Source: Bacteroidales bacterium | Lineage (GTDB): Bacteria > Bacteroidota > Bacteroidia > Bacteroidales > UBA4417 | Direction of reading: 5' to 3' | Length of the DNA: 64,000 nt | Assembly: GCA_035403165.1 (NCBI GenBank) | Contig: DAONEP010000006.1 | Location: 1,496-65,495, forward strand | Part shown: piece by piece, positions 1 through 8,972 of the stretch | Layout of the letters: each line of letters begins with the position of its first letter | Position numbering within the stretch: position 1 is the stretch's first letter | Translations under genes and position numbers: made by a program | Notes under the pieces: model-generated | What the model saw: the letters and a program-made list of their open reading frames with translations, nothing else | Told to the model about the DNA's origin: nothing | The model's database searches: none

Positions 1-1572
1 CGGAATGCTGTCGATTTTTATGAGCCGCGCCGTGCCGCTTTCCACCACTTCGGCCATGCCATCTCTTATCACTTTTACCCATTCAGGGTTGATAGAGACC
101 ACATTTCGCTTGCTTGTGAAGGTCGTATGATTTTTCTCATTGCCAATGGCTTTTACAACATGCGGCGGATAGAACCAGCCGCCGTTGGCAACCATCGCCG
201 CATAATTAACCAACTGAAGCGGTGTTGCCAGGATTTCTCCCTGCCCGATCGATAACGACCGGATTGTCATTGCATTCCAATGCCCTTTCCCGTAAATTTT
301 GTCAAAATCATCGGACGAAGGAAGGTTCCCTTTTAGCTCAAAAGCCAGGTCGGAATTCAATTTCCGGCCAAATCCCATGCTCATAAGGTGTTTGCGCCAT
401 ACGTCATAACGCTCTTTCACCGATCCGTAATCCGGATCATTCATAATGGCCCTGAAAACCTGCCAATGGTAAGGATTGCACGATTGCTGAATGGCTGTGT
501 AAACATCCAGCGGCGTTTGATGATTATGGGTACATCGGATAGGATAGGATGATGGTCCCTGACATGAAAAACGCGTTGAAGGTGTAATTACGCCTTCCTG
601 CAAGCCGATAAGGTCGTTGGCCATTTTAAAAGTCGAGCCGGGAGGGTACTGCCCCATGATAGCACGGTTGAGCAAGGGTTTCACGGGATCCTCGTTCAGC
701 ATCTGGAAATTCTTTCCCCTGACCCGTCCAACCAACAGGTTCGGATCATAGCCCGGACTGGATAAAAAACATAGAATTTCTCCGGTGGAAGGTTCAATAG
801 CTACCACGCTGCCTCTTTTGTTTTTCATCAGCAGTTCGCCATATTGCTGCAATTCGGCATCCAGTCCCGTATATAAATCCTCCCCCATGACGGCTGCGGT
901 ATCATATTTCCCATTCTGAAAGCTTCCCACATCCCGGTTGAGCACATCCACCATCCTGATTTTCAACCCTTTTATCCCCCTGAGTTCTTCTTCATACGAC
1001 CGTTCGATGCCACTTATCCCGATATAATCGCCTTGCCTGTAATAAGGATTCTTTTCAATCTGGCCCGGCGTAACCTCGCCAATGTATCCCAGAATATGCG
1101 CGGCTATCGCCATAGGATAACTGCGAAGCGTACGCGGCACAACATAAAAACCATTGAAACGGTAAAGCTTCTCTTCGAGGTAACCGTATGTTTCTTTTGT
1201 AATTTGCTTTTCGAAAGCGGAAGCCAGCACCGGCGAATAATCCTTTGCCCTTTTCATCCGCTCGTTGAAGCCTTCGACGGTTATATCAAGTATTTTACAC
1301 AATTCTGCGGTGTCAAGATCATTTACCTGCCGGGGAATTACCATCAGGTCGTAAACGGCTTCATTATAAACCAGCAATTTCCCGTTCCGGTCGTAAACCA
1401 GCCCCCGGGACGGATATTGCGTCACATACCTTAATACATTATTATTAGCCGACAGGATGTAACTGCGGTCAATAACCTGGATGTAAAGGAGCCGCAATAA
1501 ATAGATTCCGCCTACAATAAGAAAAGTAGTGATGATGACAATTTTGCGATCGGCATAGATGCGACTTGCCAT
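1..1572 (-). CDS. mrdA: Penicillin-binding protein 2 (peptidoglycan D,D-transpeptidase). The N-terminal about 524 aa are present and the C-terminus runs off the window.
   Basis: My own minus-strand translation from the ATG at 1572-1570 gives MASRIYADRKIVIIITTFLIVGGIYLLRLLYIQVIDRSY (TM anchor). It later reads ...NRAIMGQYPPGSTFKMAN (SxxK motif) and ...SLSIGQGEILATPLQL. The frame stays open to position 1. It is absent from the ORF track because no stop lies in the window. Confidence 0.85.
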   Translation of the reverse strand, partial: MASRIYADRKIVIITTFLIVGGIYLLRLLYIQVIDRSYILSANNNVLRYVTQYPSRGLVYDRNGKLLVYNEAVYDLMVIPRQVNDLDTAELCKILDITVEGFNERMKRAKDYSPVLASAFEKQITKETYGYLEEKLYRFNGFYVVPRTLRSYPMAIAAHILGYIGEVTPGQIEKNPYYRQGDYIGISGIERSYEEELRGIKGLKIRMVDVLNRDVGSFQNGKYDTAAVMGEDLYTGLDAELQQYGELLMKNKRGSVVAIEPSTGEILCFLSSPGYDPNLLVGRVRGKNFQMLNEDPVKPLLNRAIMGQYPPGSTFKMANDLIGLQEGVITPSTRFSCQGPSSYPIRCTHNHQTPLDVYTAIQQSCNPYHWQVFRAIMNDPDYGSVKERYDVWRKHLMSMGFGRKLNSDLAFELKGNLPSSDDFDKIYGKGHWNAMTIRSLSIGQGEILATPLQLVNYAAMVANGGWFYPPHVVKAIGNEKNHTTFTSKRNVVSINPEWVKVIRDGMAEVVESGTARLIKIDSIP

Positions 1573-1735
1573 TGATAAACAAGGTATTTTTTGTTAATTA
1601 TACTGCGGCTAACCAACTACAAAAGTAGCGATTAGTCGGTTCACGCTGAAATAACCGAAAAGAAAAGGTATCAGTGATATGAAGCATATCCGGAAGAGAC
1701 GGCGCTTCAACATATTTAAAAGGGAAGAATGCTTT

Positions 1736-2302
1736 TCAGGGCTTCATCTTCCTGATTGTTCCCGCCAGTTCTTCGTACCATTTAACGCCATACTTTCTGA
1801 TCAGAGCATCCTTCAAAAATACATAGAGCGGCACGTTCTCCTTTTTGCCCTTTTTCAGGGCTTCGCTGCAAATATACCAGCGATGATAGTTCACCGCTTC
1901 GAAACCTTCATACTTTGAAATCCGCACCGGATAAAGGTGGCACGAAACCGGCTTTTCAAAATCGGTTTTGCCTTCCCGGAAAGCCTTTTCGATGGCACAG
2001 CGGGCTATCCCTTCTTCAAAATAAGCAAATGCACACTCACAGTCCCTGACCAGCGGCGTTACAAATTGCCCGAATGAATCATAATCAAAAACGCCGTTTT
2101 GCTCAACAACCGCTCTGCCTGCAGGTTCCATAAAAGGTTTGATATCATCCAGGGAATCCTCAAGCAGCGAAATTTCTTCCTCCTCCAGCGGCGCCCCGGC
2201 ATCGCCTTCCACACAACAAACCCCTTTACATTCCCTGAGGTCGCAAACAAAACAAACGTTGTGAAGATCGTCGGAAACCAACGTATTATCAATTGCTATC
2301 AT
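1736..2302 (-). CDS. Cys-rich DUF3109-like protein
   Basis: 188-aa ORF. The N-terminus FVCDLRECKGVCCVEGDAGAPLEEEE is typical of the Bacteroidota DUF3109 family as I remember it. Confidence 0.65.
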   Translation of the reverse strand: MIAIDNTLVSDDLHNVCFVCDLRECKGVCCVEGDAGAPLEEEEISLLEDSLDDIKPFMEPAGRAVVEQNGVFDYDSFGQFVTPLVRDCECAFAYFEEGIARCAIEKAFREGKTDFEKPVSCHLYPVRISKYEGFEAVNYHRWYICSEALKKGKKENVPLYVFLKDALIRKYGVKWYEELAGTIRKMKP

Positions 2303-2383
2303 GCCGCAAAGATAGGCTTTTGTGAAAATCGCTCCGGCATGTTCCAGGCCTCAAAGCACCGGTATCCGGAAAGCGGTTTCTGA

Positions 2384-3088
2384 TCACCCGTTTTTACTGA
2401 TGGTCCGGAGAATTTCAATATTCAGTATTTCCAACTCATCTCCGCATTCGTCAAGAATCCCCTCTTCCTTAAATTTTGACAATACCCGGGTCAGATTTTC
2501 CCTGGACACACCCGTCAGATCGGCCAGTTCCTGGCGCGTCAACTGCAGGGGGAAGTGTTGGCCTTCATAAACATTTTCGGAGAGATACAGCAGAACATCG
2601 GCAAATCGCCCGTCAGTTTTTTTATAACTGTTTGACACAAAACGATAATAATTATAAAGATTCTCCTTGTTTACCTCGGTCAGTATCTGGAAGGCAAAGT
2701 TGCCGTTTTCCTTGATCAGTTGTTTGAAAGCGTTGATGTCGATGTAGCATATTTTAACATCCTGCAAGGCGGCATAGACATAATGGTTGATCTTGTCCCC
2801 GAACAGCGAATGAATTCCCAGGTAGGTGTGCGGTTTGAGTATCTGAATAATGCTGGTTTTATTATTCCCGTTCACCATAAACTCCTTGATATAACCTACT
2901 TTTAAATAAATGATATTCGAAATCAGGGTATCGGAGCGGAGTATGACCTCCCCTTTCTTCACAAAGGATTCGATGCTGTGGCTGCTCAACAATTCATACT
3001 GTTCCTTGTTCAGCAACGACACGGCACAGGACATATCCACGCAATCGCAGCAACTGCTTTTATTCAGTTCATCAAACGTTTTTAACAT
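2384..3088 (-). CDS. Crp/Fnr family transcriptional regulator with an N-terminal Cys cluster
   Basis: The central part looks like a cNMP-binding-like fold. The C-terminal HTH reads LTRQELADLTGVSRENLTRVLSKFKEEG. The Cys-rich N-terminus reads NKSSCCDCVDMSC. I prefer the ATG at 3088 (MLKTFDEL) over the GTG at 3139 used by the track. Confidence 0.8.
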   Translation of the reverse strand: MLKTFDELNKSSCCDCVDMSCAVSLLNKEQYELLSSHSIESFVKKGEVILRSDTLISNIIYLKVGYIKEFMVNGNNKTSIIQILKPHTYLGIHSLFGDKINHYVYAALQDVKICYIDINAFKQLIKENGNFAFQILTEVNKENLYNYYRFVSNSYKKTDGRFADVLLYLSENVYEGQHFPLQLTRQELADLTGVSRENLTRVLSKFKEEGILDECGDELEILNIEILRTISKNG

Positions 3089-3124
3089 CTCAACGGTATC
3101 TGGTTGCAAATCTACAAAATAGGA

Positions 3125-3140
3125 TGTGACGAATATCACA
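3125..3140. promoter_or_regulatory. Perfect CRP/FNR-type palindrome TGTGA-N6-TCACA
   Basis: The sequence tgtgacgaatatcaca lies in the divergent intergenic region between the Crp/Fnr-like gene and the DsrC cluster. An 11-12 nt direct repeat AATATCACATAT occurs at about 3132 and about 3155. Confidence 0.5.
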
Positions 3141-3199
3141 TATTGTCTATATTAAATATCACATATATTCTGATTTTCACATAATGCATAATTCTACAT

Positions 3200-3517
3200 T
3201 TGCATTGGAGAGTAAAATATTGTCTGATATCACAAAAAGTGATACATTTTTATGTAAAAGCCATAAAAACAACATTCTTGGAAACTCAGAAATGTCCTAA
3301 TAAAACCACCTGCCCGGTCCATTCTGTTGAAGGGTTTGTGAAAGATCCGGTGAAAAAGGAATATTACATTCATACATACTGCGATGCTGGAGAAGATAAT
3401 TGGAGTAACTGTTGCAGATATATTGCAAAACGATCGCTGAACTTGTGTCCTGTTTTCGTGATGCCGGATTCGGAACTTACTGTTGATGAAATTCTGGACA
3501 AGCTTGAAAATGAATAA
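3200..3517 (+). CDS. Hypothetical small Cys-rich protein with an uncertain start (TTG 3200 or GTG 3239)
   Basis: The ORF ends 18 nt before the dsrC-like gene. It has seven Cys (CPNKTTCP, YC, CC, LC). There is no in-frame ATG near the 5' end and I recognise no family. Confidence 0.35.
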   Translation: MHWRVKYCLISQKVIHFYVKAIKTTFLETQKCPNKTTCPVHSVEGFVKDPVKKEYYIHTYCDAGEDNWSNCCRYIAKRSLNLCPVFVMPDSELTVDEILDKLENE

Positions 3518-3535
3518 TCGATAAATCATACTGAA

Positions 3536-3853
3536 ATGGCAACACTTGAACTAAAAGGAAGGACCTTCGAGGTTGATGGAGACGGGTTCTTATCCACTCC
3601 CGAAATATGGGATGAAGAGATCGCCAGGCTTTTTGCCGAGAGCGACGGATTGAAAGAGCTCAGCGAAAAGCATTGGGTTATCATCCGGTTTATCCGTAAA
3701 AATTTTGAAGAAAAGGGGAATGCTCCCATGATTCGCAGCATTTGCCAGGAAACGGGGATCAAACTCCGCGAGATCTATGAACTATTTCCTTTAGGCCCTG
3801 CCCGCGGTGCCTGCCGGATCGCCGGTTTACCAAAACCTGACGGATGCGTGTAA
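3536..3853 (+). CDS. TusE/DsrC/DsvC family sulfur-relay protein (DsrC type, both C-terminal Cys present)
   Basis: 105 aa. The C-terminus ARGACRIAGLPKPDGCV carries the penultimate Cys and a second Cys 11 residues upstream. Confidence 0.9.
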   Translation: MATLELKGRTFEVDGDGFLSTPEIWDEEIARLFAESDGLKELSEKHWVIIRFIRKNFEEKGNAPMIRSICQETGIKLREIYELFPLGPARGACRIAGLPKPDGCV

Positions 3854-3857
3854 TATT

Positions 3858-4469
3858 ATGAGTTGGTATCTGGTCCTCACCTTTGTTTCGCTGGCCTTTT
3901 GCCTGGCAATGTGTGCATATCATGCATACCGCCTGATTGCTCTTGGCAACCCGAGCGATTTTTCCAAGCCTTCGGGGAACGTCGGCGCCGGCATAAAATA
4001 TTCGTATACCGGCGGCATGGATCCCAGAAAAAAGGAATCTGCATTTCTTCACCTTCCTACCTATACAGCAGGCATACTTTATCATCTGGGTACTTTCTTC
4101 AGCATTGTGCTTTTCGTCTGCATCCTGTTTTCTTTACGGCTGCCTTCCGTAGTCACGATGCTTCTTACAGCCTTTCTGGCCGTTTCGTCGATCTGCGGGG
4201 CAGGAATTCTGATCAAAAGGATCGTTAAGAATACGTTGCGGAAATTATCCAATCCTGATGATTATATCTCGAACCTCCTGGTCACTTCATTTCAACTAAT
4301 TACGGCTGTTTATCTGAACTTCCCGACGCCTGTCTATTATATCCTGGTCAGCGCCCTGCTGCTCTACCTTCCGGCCGGCAAACTGAAACACGTTATTTAC
4401 TTCTTTGCCGCCCGTTACCACCTGGGTTTATTTTTTGGCTATCGCGGAGTGTGGCCTCCTAAGAACTAA
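3858..4469 (+). CDS. Polytopic membrane protein, possibly a NarI/DsrM-like heme-b subunit
   Basis: It has several hydrophobic helices. Conserved-looking His residues occur in AYHAY, FLHLP, LYHLG, KLKHVIYFF and RYHLG. I chose the ATG at 3858 rather than the track start at 3807, which overlaps dsrC. Confidence 0.5.
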   Translation: MSWYLVLTFVSLAFCLAMCAYHAYRLIALGNPSDFSKPSGNVGAGIKYSYTGGMDPRKKESAFLHLPTYTAGILYHLGTFFSIVLFVCILFSLRLPSVVTMLLTAFLAVSSICGAGILIKRIVKNTLRKLSNPDDYISNLLVTSFQLITAVYLNFPTPVYYILVSALLLYLPAGKLKHVIYFFAARYHLGLFFGYRGVWPPKN

Positions 4470-4477
4470 TCTGACTC

Positions 4478-5770
4478 ATGCCGATACTTACTGATAAAAG
4501 GATCCAAAAAGGCCTTTCCATTTTAGAAAACTTCCAGGACAGCAAACTGCTCACACATCTGAACAGTTGTGTGCATTGCGGACTTTGCGCCGAAACCTGC
4601 CTGTATTACCTTACCTTTAAGGACCCCAGATTTATTCCTGCACAGAAGGTAGATTTTATCTCGTCCATTTATAAACGCTATTGTACCTTCATCGGGCGCA
4701 ATGTGCCGTTCCTGGTTAATGCCAGGGACCTGAACGAAGAAAACCTTAAAGAAATGGTCGACCTCTTCTTCGGGGCCTGTACCATGTGCGGCAGGTGTAC
4801 CCTTCATTGTTCGATCGGGGTCGATATTGCCTACCTTGTCAGGACTGGGCGGGTAATGCTGGCCGAAATGGGACTGATACCGTCTTCCATTCAGTCCACG
4901 GTTGATGCAGCCATCAACACCGGCAACAACATGGGCATCACGACGGAAGAATTTACGGATACTATCCAGTGGCTCGAAGACGACCTGAAGGACGATCTTA
5001 ACGATCCGAATGCCTCCATCCCGTTAAATGAGAAAGGGAAAAAGATTTTGTATACCCTGAATCCCAGGGAACCCAAATTCTTTCCCCTCTCCATCTCGGC
5101 CATGGCAAAAATATTTCATGTGGCCGGCGAAAGCTGGACGCTTTCAACCGAGATGTACGATGTGACCAACTACGGATTTTTCACGGGAAGCAGAGGGGAA
5201 GCTTCGACCATCGTGCAACATCTCTACGATGAGATGAAAAATCTCGGATCGCAGGAACTTATCCTCGCCGAATGCGGCCACGGCTCCAGGGCTTTCCGTT
5301 GGGAAGGCCCCAACTATCTGCATAAGAATTTCGACTTCACCGTAAAGACTTCTGTTGAGTTGATGGCCGATTATTTGAGGGAAGGCAGGATTAAAGTAAA
5401 TAAAAAGAGCCTCAAACAGCGCGTGACCCTGCACGATCCCTGTAACCTCGTCCGTAACGGAGGTGTTATTCAGGAACAACGCTTCATCCTGGACCAGATT
5501 GCCGACGACTTTGTAGAAATGACGCCTCATGGTATCGACAATTATTGTTGCGGGGGCGGAGGAGGACAACTTGCCATGAGCGAGTACAACGAGAGGCGGA
5601 TGAAGATCGGCGGCAAAAAAGCGGAACAGATCAGGAATACAGGGGCTCAGATCGTTGTCACGCCTTGCCACAATTGTGTTGACCAGCTCCTTCAGATCAA
5701 CTCCTATTACAAACTGGATGTCCAGATTAAAACCCTGGCAGAAGTTGTGGCCGATGCCCTGATAGTCTGA
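4478..5770 (+). CDS. (Fe-S)-binding protein, HdrD/DsrK-like, with two ferredoxin-type clusters and CCG domains
   Basis: Motifs seen are CVHCGLCAETC, CTMCGRCTLHC, HDPCNLVRNGG, YCCGGGGG and TPCHNC. Confidence 0.8.
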   Translation: MPILTDKRIQKGLSILENFQDSKLLTHLNSCVHCGLCAETCLYYLTFKDPRFIPAQKVDFISSIYKRYCTFIGRNVPFLVNARDLNEENLKEMVDLFFGACTMCGRCTLHCSIGVDIAYLVRTGRVMLAEMGLIPSSIQSTVDAAINTGNNMGITTEEFTDTIQWLEDDLKDDLNDPNASIPLNEKGKKILYTLNPREPKFFPLSISAMAKIFHVAGESWTLSTEMYDVTNYGFFTGSRGEASTIVQHLYDEMKNLGSQELILAECGHGSRAFRWEGPNYLHKNFDFTVKTSVELMADYLREGRIKVNKKSLKQRVTLHDPCNLVRNGGVIQEQRFILDQIADDFVEMTPHGIDNYCCGGGGGQLAMSEYNERRMKIGGKKAEQIRNTGAQIVVTPCHNCVDQLLQINSYYKLDVQIKTLAEVVADALIV

Positions 5771-5881
5771 AAACCAGGTTAATCAAATCTTCGGCACGGC
5801 ATCCCGGCGCTTATCCAATATCAAAAAGAGTACAACATTCTCATTACCTAAAAATATAAATCAGAAATTAACGTCTTCATC

Positions 5882-7045
5882 ATGGAAAACATCATCTATC
5901 TGGACAACTCGGCTACATCGTTTCCTAAGCCTGACCCGGTTTACGAGTTCATGAACAGTTTTTACAGGAACAAAGGAGTAAGCCCCGGAAGGAGCGGTTT
6001 CGACGCTGCGATTGAAACGGAAGAAATGGTCACCAATACGCGAAAAATGCTCACGAGCCTTTTCAACGGCAATGGCGACTTTAACCGGTTGACGTTCAGC
6101 TATAACGCAAGCGACTCCCTGAATATGATTTTACAGGGCCTTGCCGGGGAAGGAGATCATGTGGTTACCACCATGCTGGAACACAATTCGGTGCTCAGGC
6201 CGCTCTATCATCTGACCCAAGCCGGCATTATCGAAACCACCCATGTTGCTTTCGATCCGGTCACCGGTTATGTCGATCCCCAGGATATAAAAAAAGCAAT
6301 CCGGAAAAACACGAAGTTCGTGGTTGTCAACCACTGTTCAAACGTTATCGGGACCATTCAGCCGATTGAAGAAATAGGCAAGATATGCCAGGAAGCAGGC
6401 GTATATTTCATTGTTGACGGCAGCCAGAGTGCAGGGGCAGTGCCTGTGGATATGCAGAAAATGCACATCGACGCATATATTTTTACCGGCCACAAATGCC
6501 TGATGGGACCTACCGGAATTGGCGGATCCTATGTTGCCAAGGATCTCCCCGTTCGCGGAACACGCTTCGGAGGCACAGGCGTTCGTTCAGCCCAGCTCAC
6601 TCACCTGGAAGAATTTCCGTATCGTATGGAATGCGGCACGTTGAACCTTCTTGGCGTGGCAGGCCTGAATGCCGGCGTTCGCTGGATTACCGAAAAAGGA
6701 ATTGATAATCTCCATAACAAGGAAATGGAGTTATGGGATAAACTCCGCAAAGGGGTTCAGGATGTTGATGGGGTTACCACTTATTGCGCCACCGGCAAAG
6801 AGCATAAAAATCCTGTATTGAGCCTTAATATCAAAGGTTTTGAAGCCGGCGACGTAGGGACCATGCTGGATGTTGACTATAACATAGCCTGCCGTACCGG
6901 TTTACAGTGCGCCCCCAAGGTGCATCAAATGATCGGAACCGATAAAATCCACGGGACAGTGCGGCTTAGCGTAGGGCCTTTTAACACAGAGGAACACATC
7001 GATAAAGCTATCCTTGCCATTCGCGAGATTGCAGCCCTGAGATAA
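5882..7045 (+). CDS. Class V aminotransferase / cysteine desulfurase family protein
   Basis: FTGHKCLMGPTGIGG contains the PLP lysine. ACRTGLQCAP matches the SufS/CsdA-like RxGxxCA active-site Cys motif. Confidence 0.85.
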   Translation: MENIIYLDNSATSFPKPDPVYEFMNSFYRNKGVSPGRSGFDAAIETEEMVTNTRKMLTSLFNGNGDFNRLTFSYNASDSLNMILQGLAGEGDHVVTTMLEHNSVLRPLYHLTQAGIIETTHVAFDPVTGYVDPQDIKKAIRKNTKFVVVNHCSNVIGTIQPIEEIGKICQEAGVYFIVDGSQSAGAVPVDMQKMHIDAYIFTGHKCLMGPTGIGGSYVAKDLPVRGTRFGGTGVRSAQLTHLEEFPYRMECGTLNLLGVAGLNAGVRWITEKGIDNLHNKEMELWDKLRKGVQDVDGVTTYCATGKEHKNPVLSLNIKGFEAGDVGTMLDVDYNIACRTGLQCAPKVHQMIGTDKIHGTVRLSVGPFNTEEHIDKAILAIREIAALR

Positions 7046-7078
7046 GCCTCTAACCAACAGACTTTCCTTGCTTTTCTG

Positions 7079-7086
7079 TATCTTTG
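7079..7086 (+). promoter_or_regulatory. Candidate Bacteroidota -7 box (TAnnTTTG)
   Basis: tatctttg lies 5 nt upstream of the glyQS ATG, which would imply a very short or absent leader. Confidence 0.3.
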
Positions 7087-7090
7087 CCGC

Positions 7091-8611
7091 ATGGCACAGA
7101 ACGAAGAAGTATTCAAAAAAATCATTTCCCATGCCAAGGAGTATGGGTTTGTTTTCCCCTCGAGCGAGATTTACGACGGGCTAAGCGCCGTATATGACTA
7201 CGGGCAGAATGGAGTTGAACTGAAGAACAACATCAAGGAATATTGGTGGAAAGCCATGGTTCAGCACCACGAGAATATCGTAGGCATCGATTCGGCTATC
7301 TTCATGCATCCCACCATCTGGAAAGCTTCAGGACATGTGGATGCTTTTAACGATCCCCTTATTGATAACAAGGATTCGAAAAAGCGCTATCGTGCCGATG
7401 TCCTCATCGAAGATCACCTTGCCAAATGGCAGGATAAAATTGATAAAGAGGTTGAAAAAGCGCATAAACGTTTCGGCGAAGCCTTCAACAAGGAGCAGTT
7501 CCTGACGACCAATCCGCGCGTCCTCGAATACCAGGCTAAAATTGAAACTGCGAGCAAGCGCTTTTATGCAGCCATGGAACGCAACGACCTGGCCGATGTA
7601 AAAAAACTCATCGAGGAGCTCGAAATTGTTTGCCCCATCAGCGGTTCCCGCAATTGGACCGAAGTACGCCAGTTTAACCTGATGTTCAGCACGCAAATCG
7701 GCTCTGTGAGCGACGAAGCCAATACCCTGTACCTCCGCCCCGAAACGGCCCAGGGTATCTTCGTGAACTACCTTAACGTGCAGAAAACCGGACGCATGAA
7801 AATACCGTTCGGGATAGCCCAAATTGGTAAGGCTTTCCGTAACGAAATCGTAGCCAGGCAGTTCATTTTCCGCATGCGTGAGTTTGAACAGATGGAGATG
7901 CAGTTTTTTGTCCGTCCCGGCACAGAACTCGAATGGTTTGAAAAATGGAAGGAAAAACGTCTGAACTGGCACCTTTCACTCGGAATACCGGCCGAAAAGT
8001 ATCGCTTCCACAAACACGAAAAGCTGGCGCATTACGCCAATGCCGCCGTCGATATCGAATTTGATTTCCCCATCGGCTTCAAGGAACTGGAAGGGATCCA
8101 TTCACGTACCGATTTTGACCTTACTTCGCACCAGAAATTTTCGGGCAAGAAAATTACCTATTTCGATCCGGAATTGAACGAAACCTATGTTCCATACGTG
8201 ATTGAGACCTCCATCGGCCTCGACCGTACCTTCCTTGCCATTTTGAGCCACGCCTATACCGAAGAAAAACTGGATGACGGGTCCGAAAGGGTTGTCCTGC
8301 GGCTGCCGGCCAAACTGGCCCCGATCAAATGCGGCGTGCTGCCGCTGGTCGCCAAGGATGGCCTTCCCGAAAAAGCGCGCGAGATCATGGACACCCTCAA
8401 GTTTGATTACATGTGCCAGTACGAGGAAAAAGATTCGATCGGGCGCCGTTACCGCCGTCACGATGCTATCGGAACGCCTTACTGTATCACGGTGGACCAT
8501 CAAACCCTTGAAGACAACACCGTGACCATTCGCGACCGCGACACAATGCTCCAGGACAGGATCCCCATCGAAAAAATTGCCGTGTTGATCCGGGAAAAGC
8601 TCATGAAATAG
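7091..8611 (+). CDS. glyQS: Glycine--tRNA ligase (alpha2 type)
   Basis: 506 aa. Recognised stretches are YGFVFPSSEIYDGLSAVYDYGQNGVELKNNIK, LRPETAQGIFVNY and FRNEI..RQFIFRMREFEQMEMQFF. Confidence 0.95.
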   Translation: MAQNEEVFKKIISHAKEYGFVFPSSEIYDGLSAVYDYGQNGVELKNNIKEYWWKAMVQHHENIVGIDSAIFMHPTIWKASGHVDAFNDPLIDNKDSKKRYRADVLIEDHLAKWQDKIDKEVEKAHKRFGEAFNKEQFLTTNPRVLEYQAKIETASKRFYAAMERNDLADVKKLIEELEIVCPISGSRNWTEVRQFNLMFSTQIGSVSDEANTLYLRPETAQGIFVNYLNVQKTGRMKIPFGIAQIGKAFRNEIVARQFIFRMREFEQMEMQFFVRPGTELEWFEKWKEKRLNWHLSLGIPAEKYRFHKHEKLAHYANAAVDIEFDFPIGFKELEGIHSRTDFDLTSHQKFSGKKITYFDPELNETYVPYVIETSIGLDRTFLAILSHAYTEEKLDDGSERVVLRLPAKLAPIKCGVLPLVAKDGLPEKAREIMDTLKFDYMCQYEEKDSIGRRYRRHDAIGTPYCITVDHQTLEDNTVTIRDRDTMLQDRIPIEKIAVLIREKLMK

Positions 8612-8632
8612 CTGAACCATAATTTCTGTGAC

Positions 8633-8658
8633 GCCGGATTTATTATCCGGCTTTTTTT
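8633..8658 (+). terminator. Rho-independent terminator after glyQS
   Basis: gccggat-ttatt-atccggc followed by a T7 run. Confidence 0.6.
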
Positions 8659-8972
8659 GTGCCTGCCACCGGCCCCAATTTCCCGGATGTAACCTTCGCC
8701 CTTAATTTATAAACAATCCAAATTTGTATGCTAAACTCAATCCTGGTTGAGTTTACGGCCTGCCGGTTTAGCAGAAGCAACGGTCCGACATCCGGCTTGT
8801 CCGAAATGAGCCCGTTAAAAAAGTCAAAATATTTCATATTTTCGACCACCGTTATATAAGTGTAATTTTTACGTTTAAAAACGTTCTCCCCCTGCGCCTG
8901 GCCCGACACCTGTTCATTCATCCTTCGAATCCGAACAATAAGTTAATATAAACACTTAAAGCTCATACGATT

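Noticed and set aside
1033-1434. 133-aa plus-strand ORF (TTG start) at the left edge
   Set aside because: It lies antisense within the PBP2 coding region, which has clear transpeptidase motifs.
3807-3857. Upstream extension of the membrane protein ORF overlapping dsrC
   Set aside because: The extension overlaps the conserved DsrC C-terminus in another frame. The ATG at 3858, just after the dsrC stop, gives a sensible hydrophobic N-terminus.
7328-7972. Long antisense ORFs inside confidently assigned genes (7328-7972 in glyQS, 14748-15281 and 15489-16145 in the GH127-like gene, 17454-18230 in GH2, 56937-57725 in metG, 5144-5671 in the DsrK-like gene)
   Set aside because: These are shadow ORFs opposite strongly supported genes in about 50% GC DNA. 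Their translations are low-complexity with no motifs.
8643-8921. 92-aa minus-strand ORF downstream of glyQS
   Set aside because: It is convergent with glyQS and its 3' end overlaps the glyQS terminator hairpin. It has no recognisable motif and an odd composition, so it is probably non-coding.
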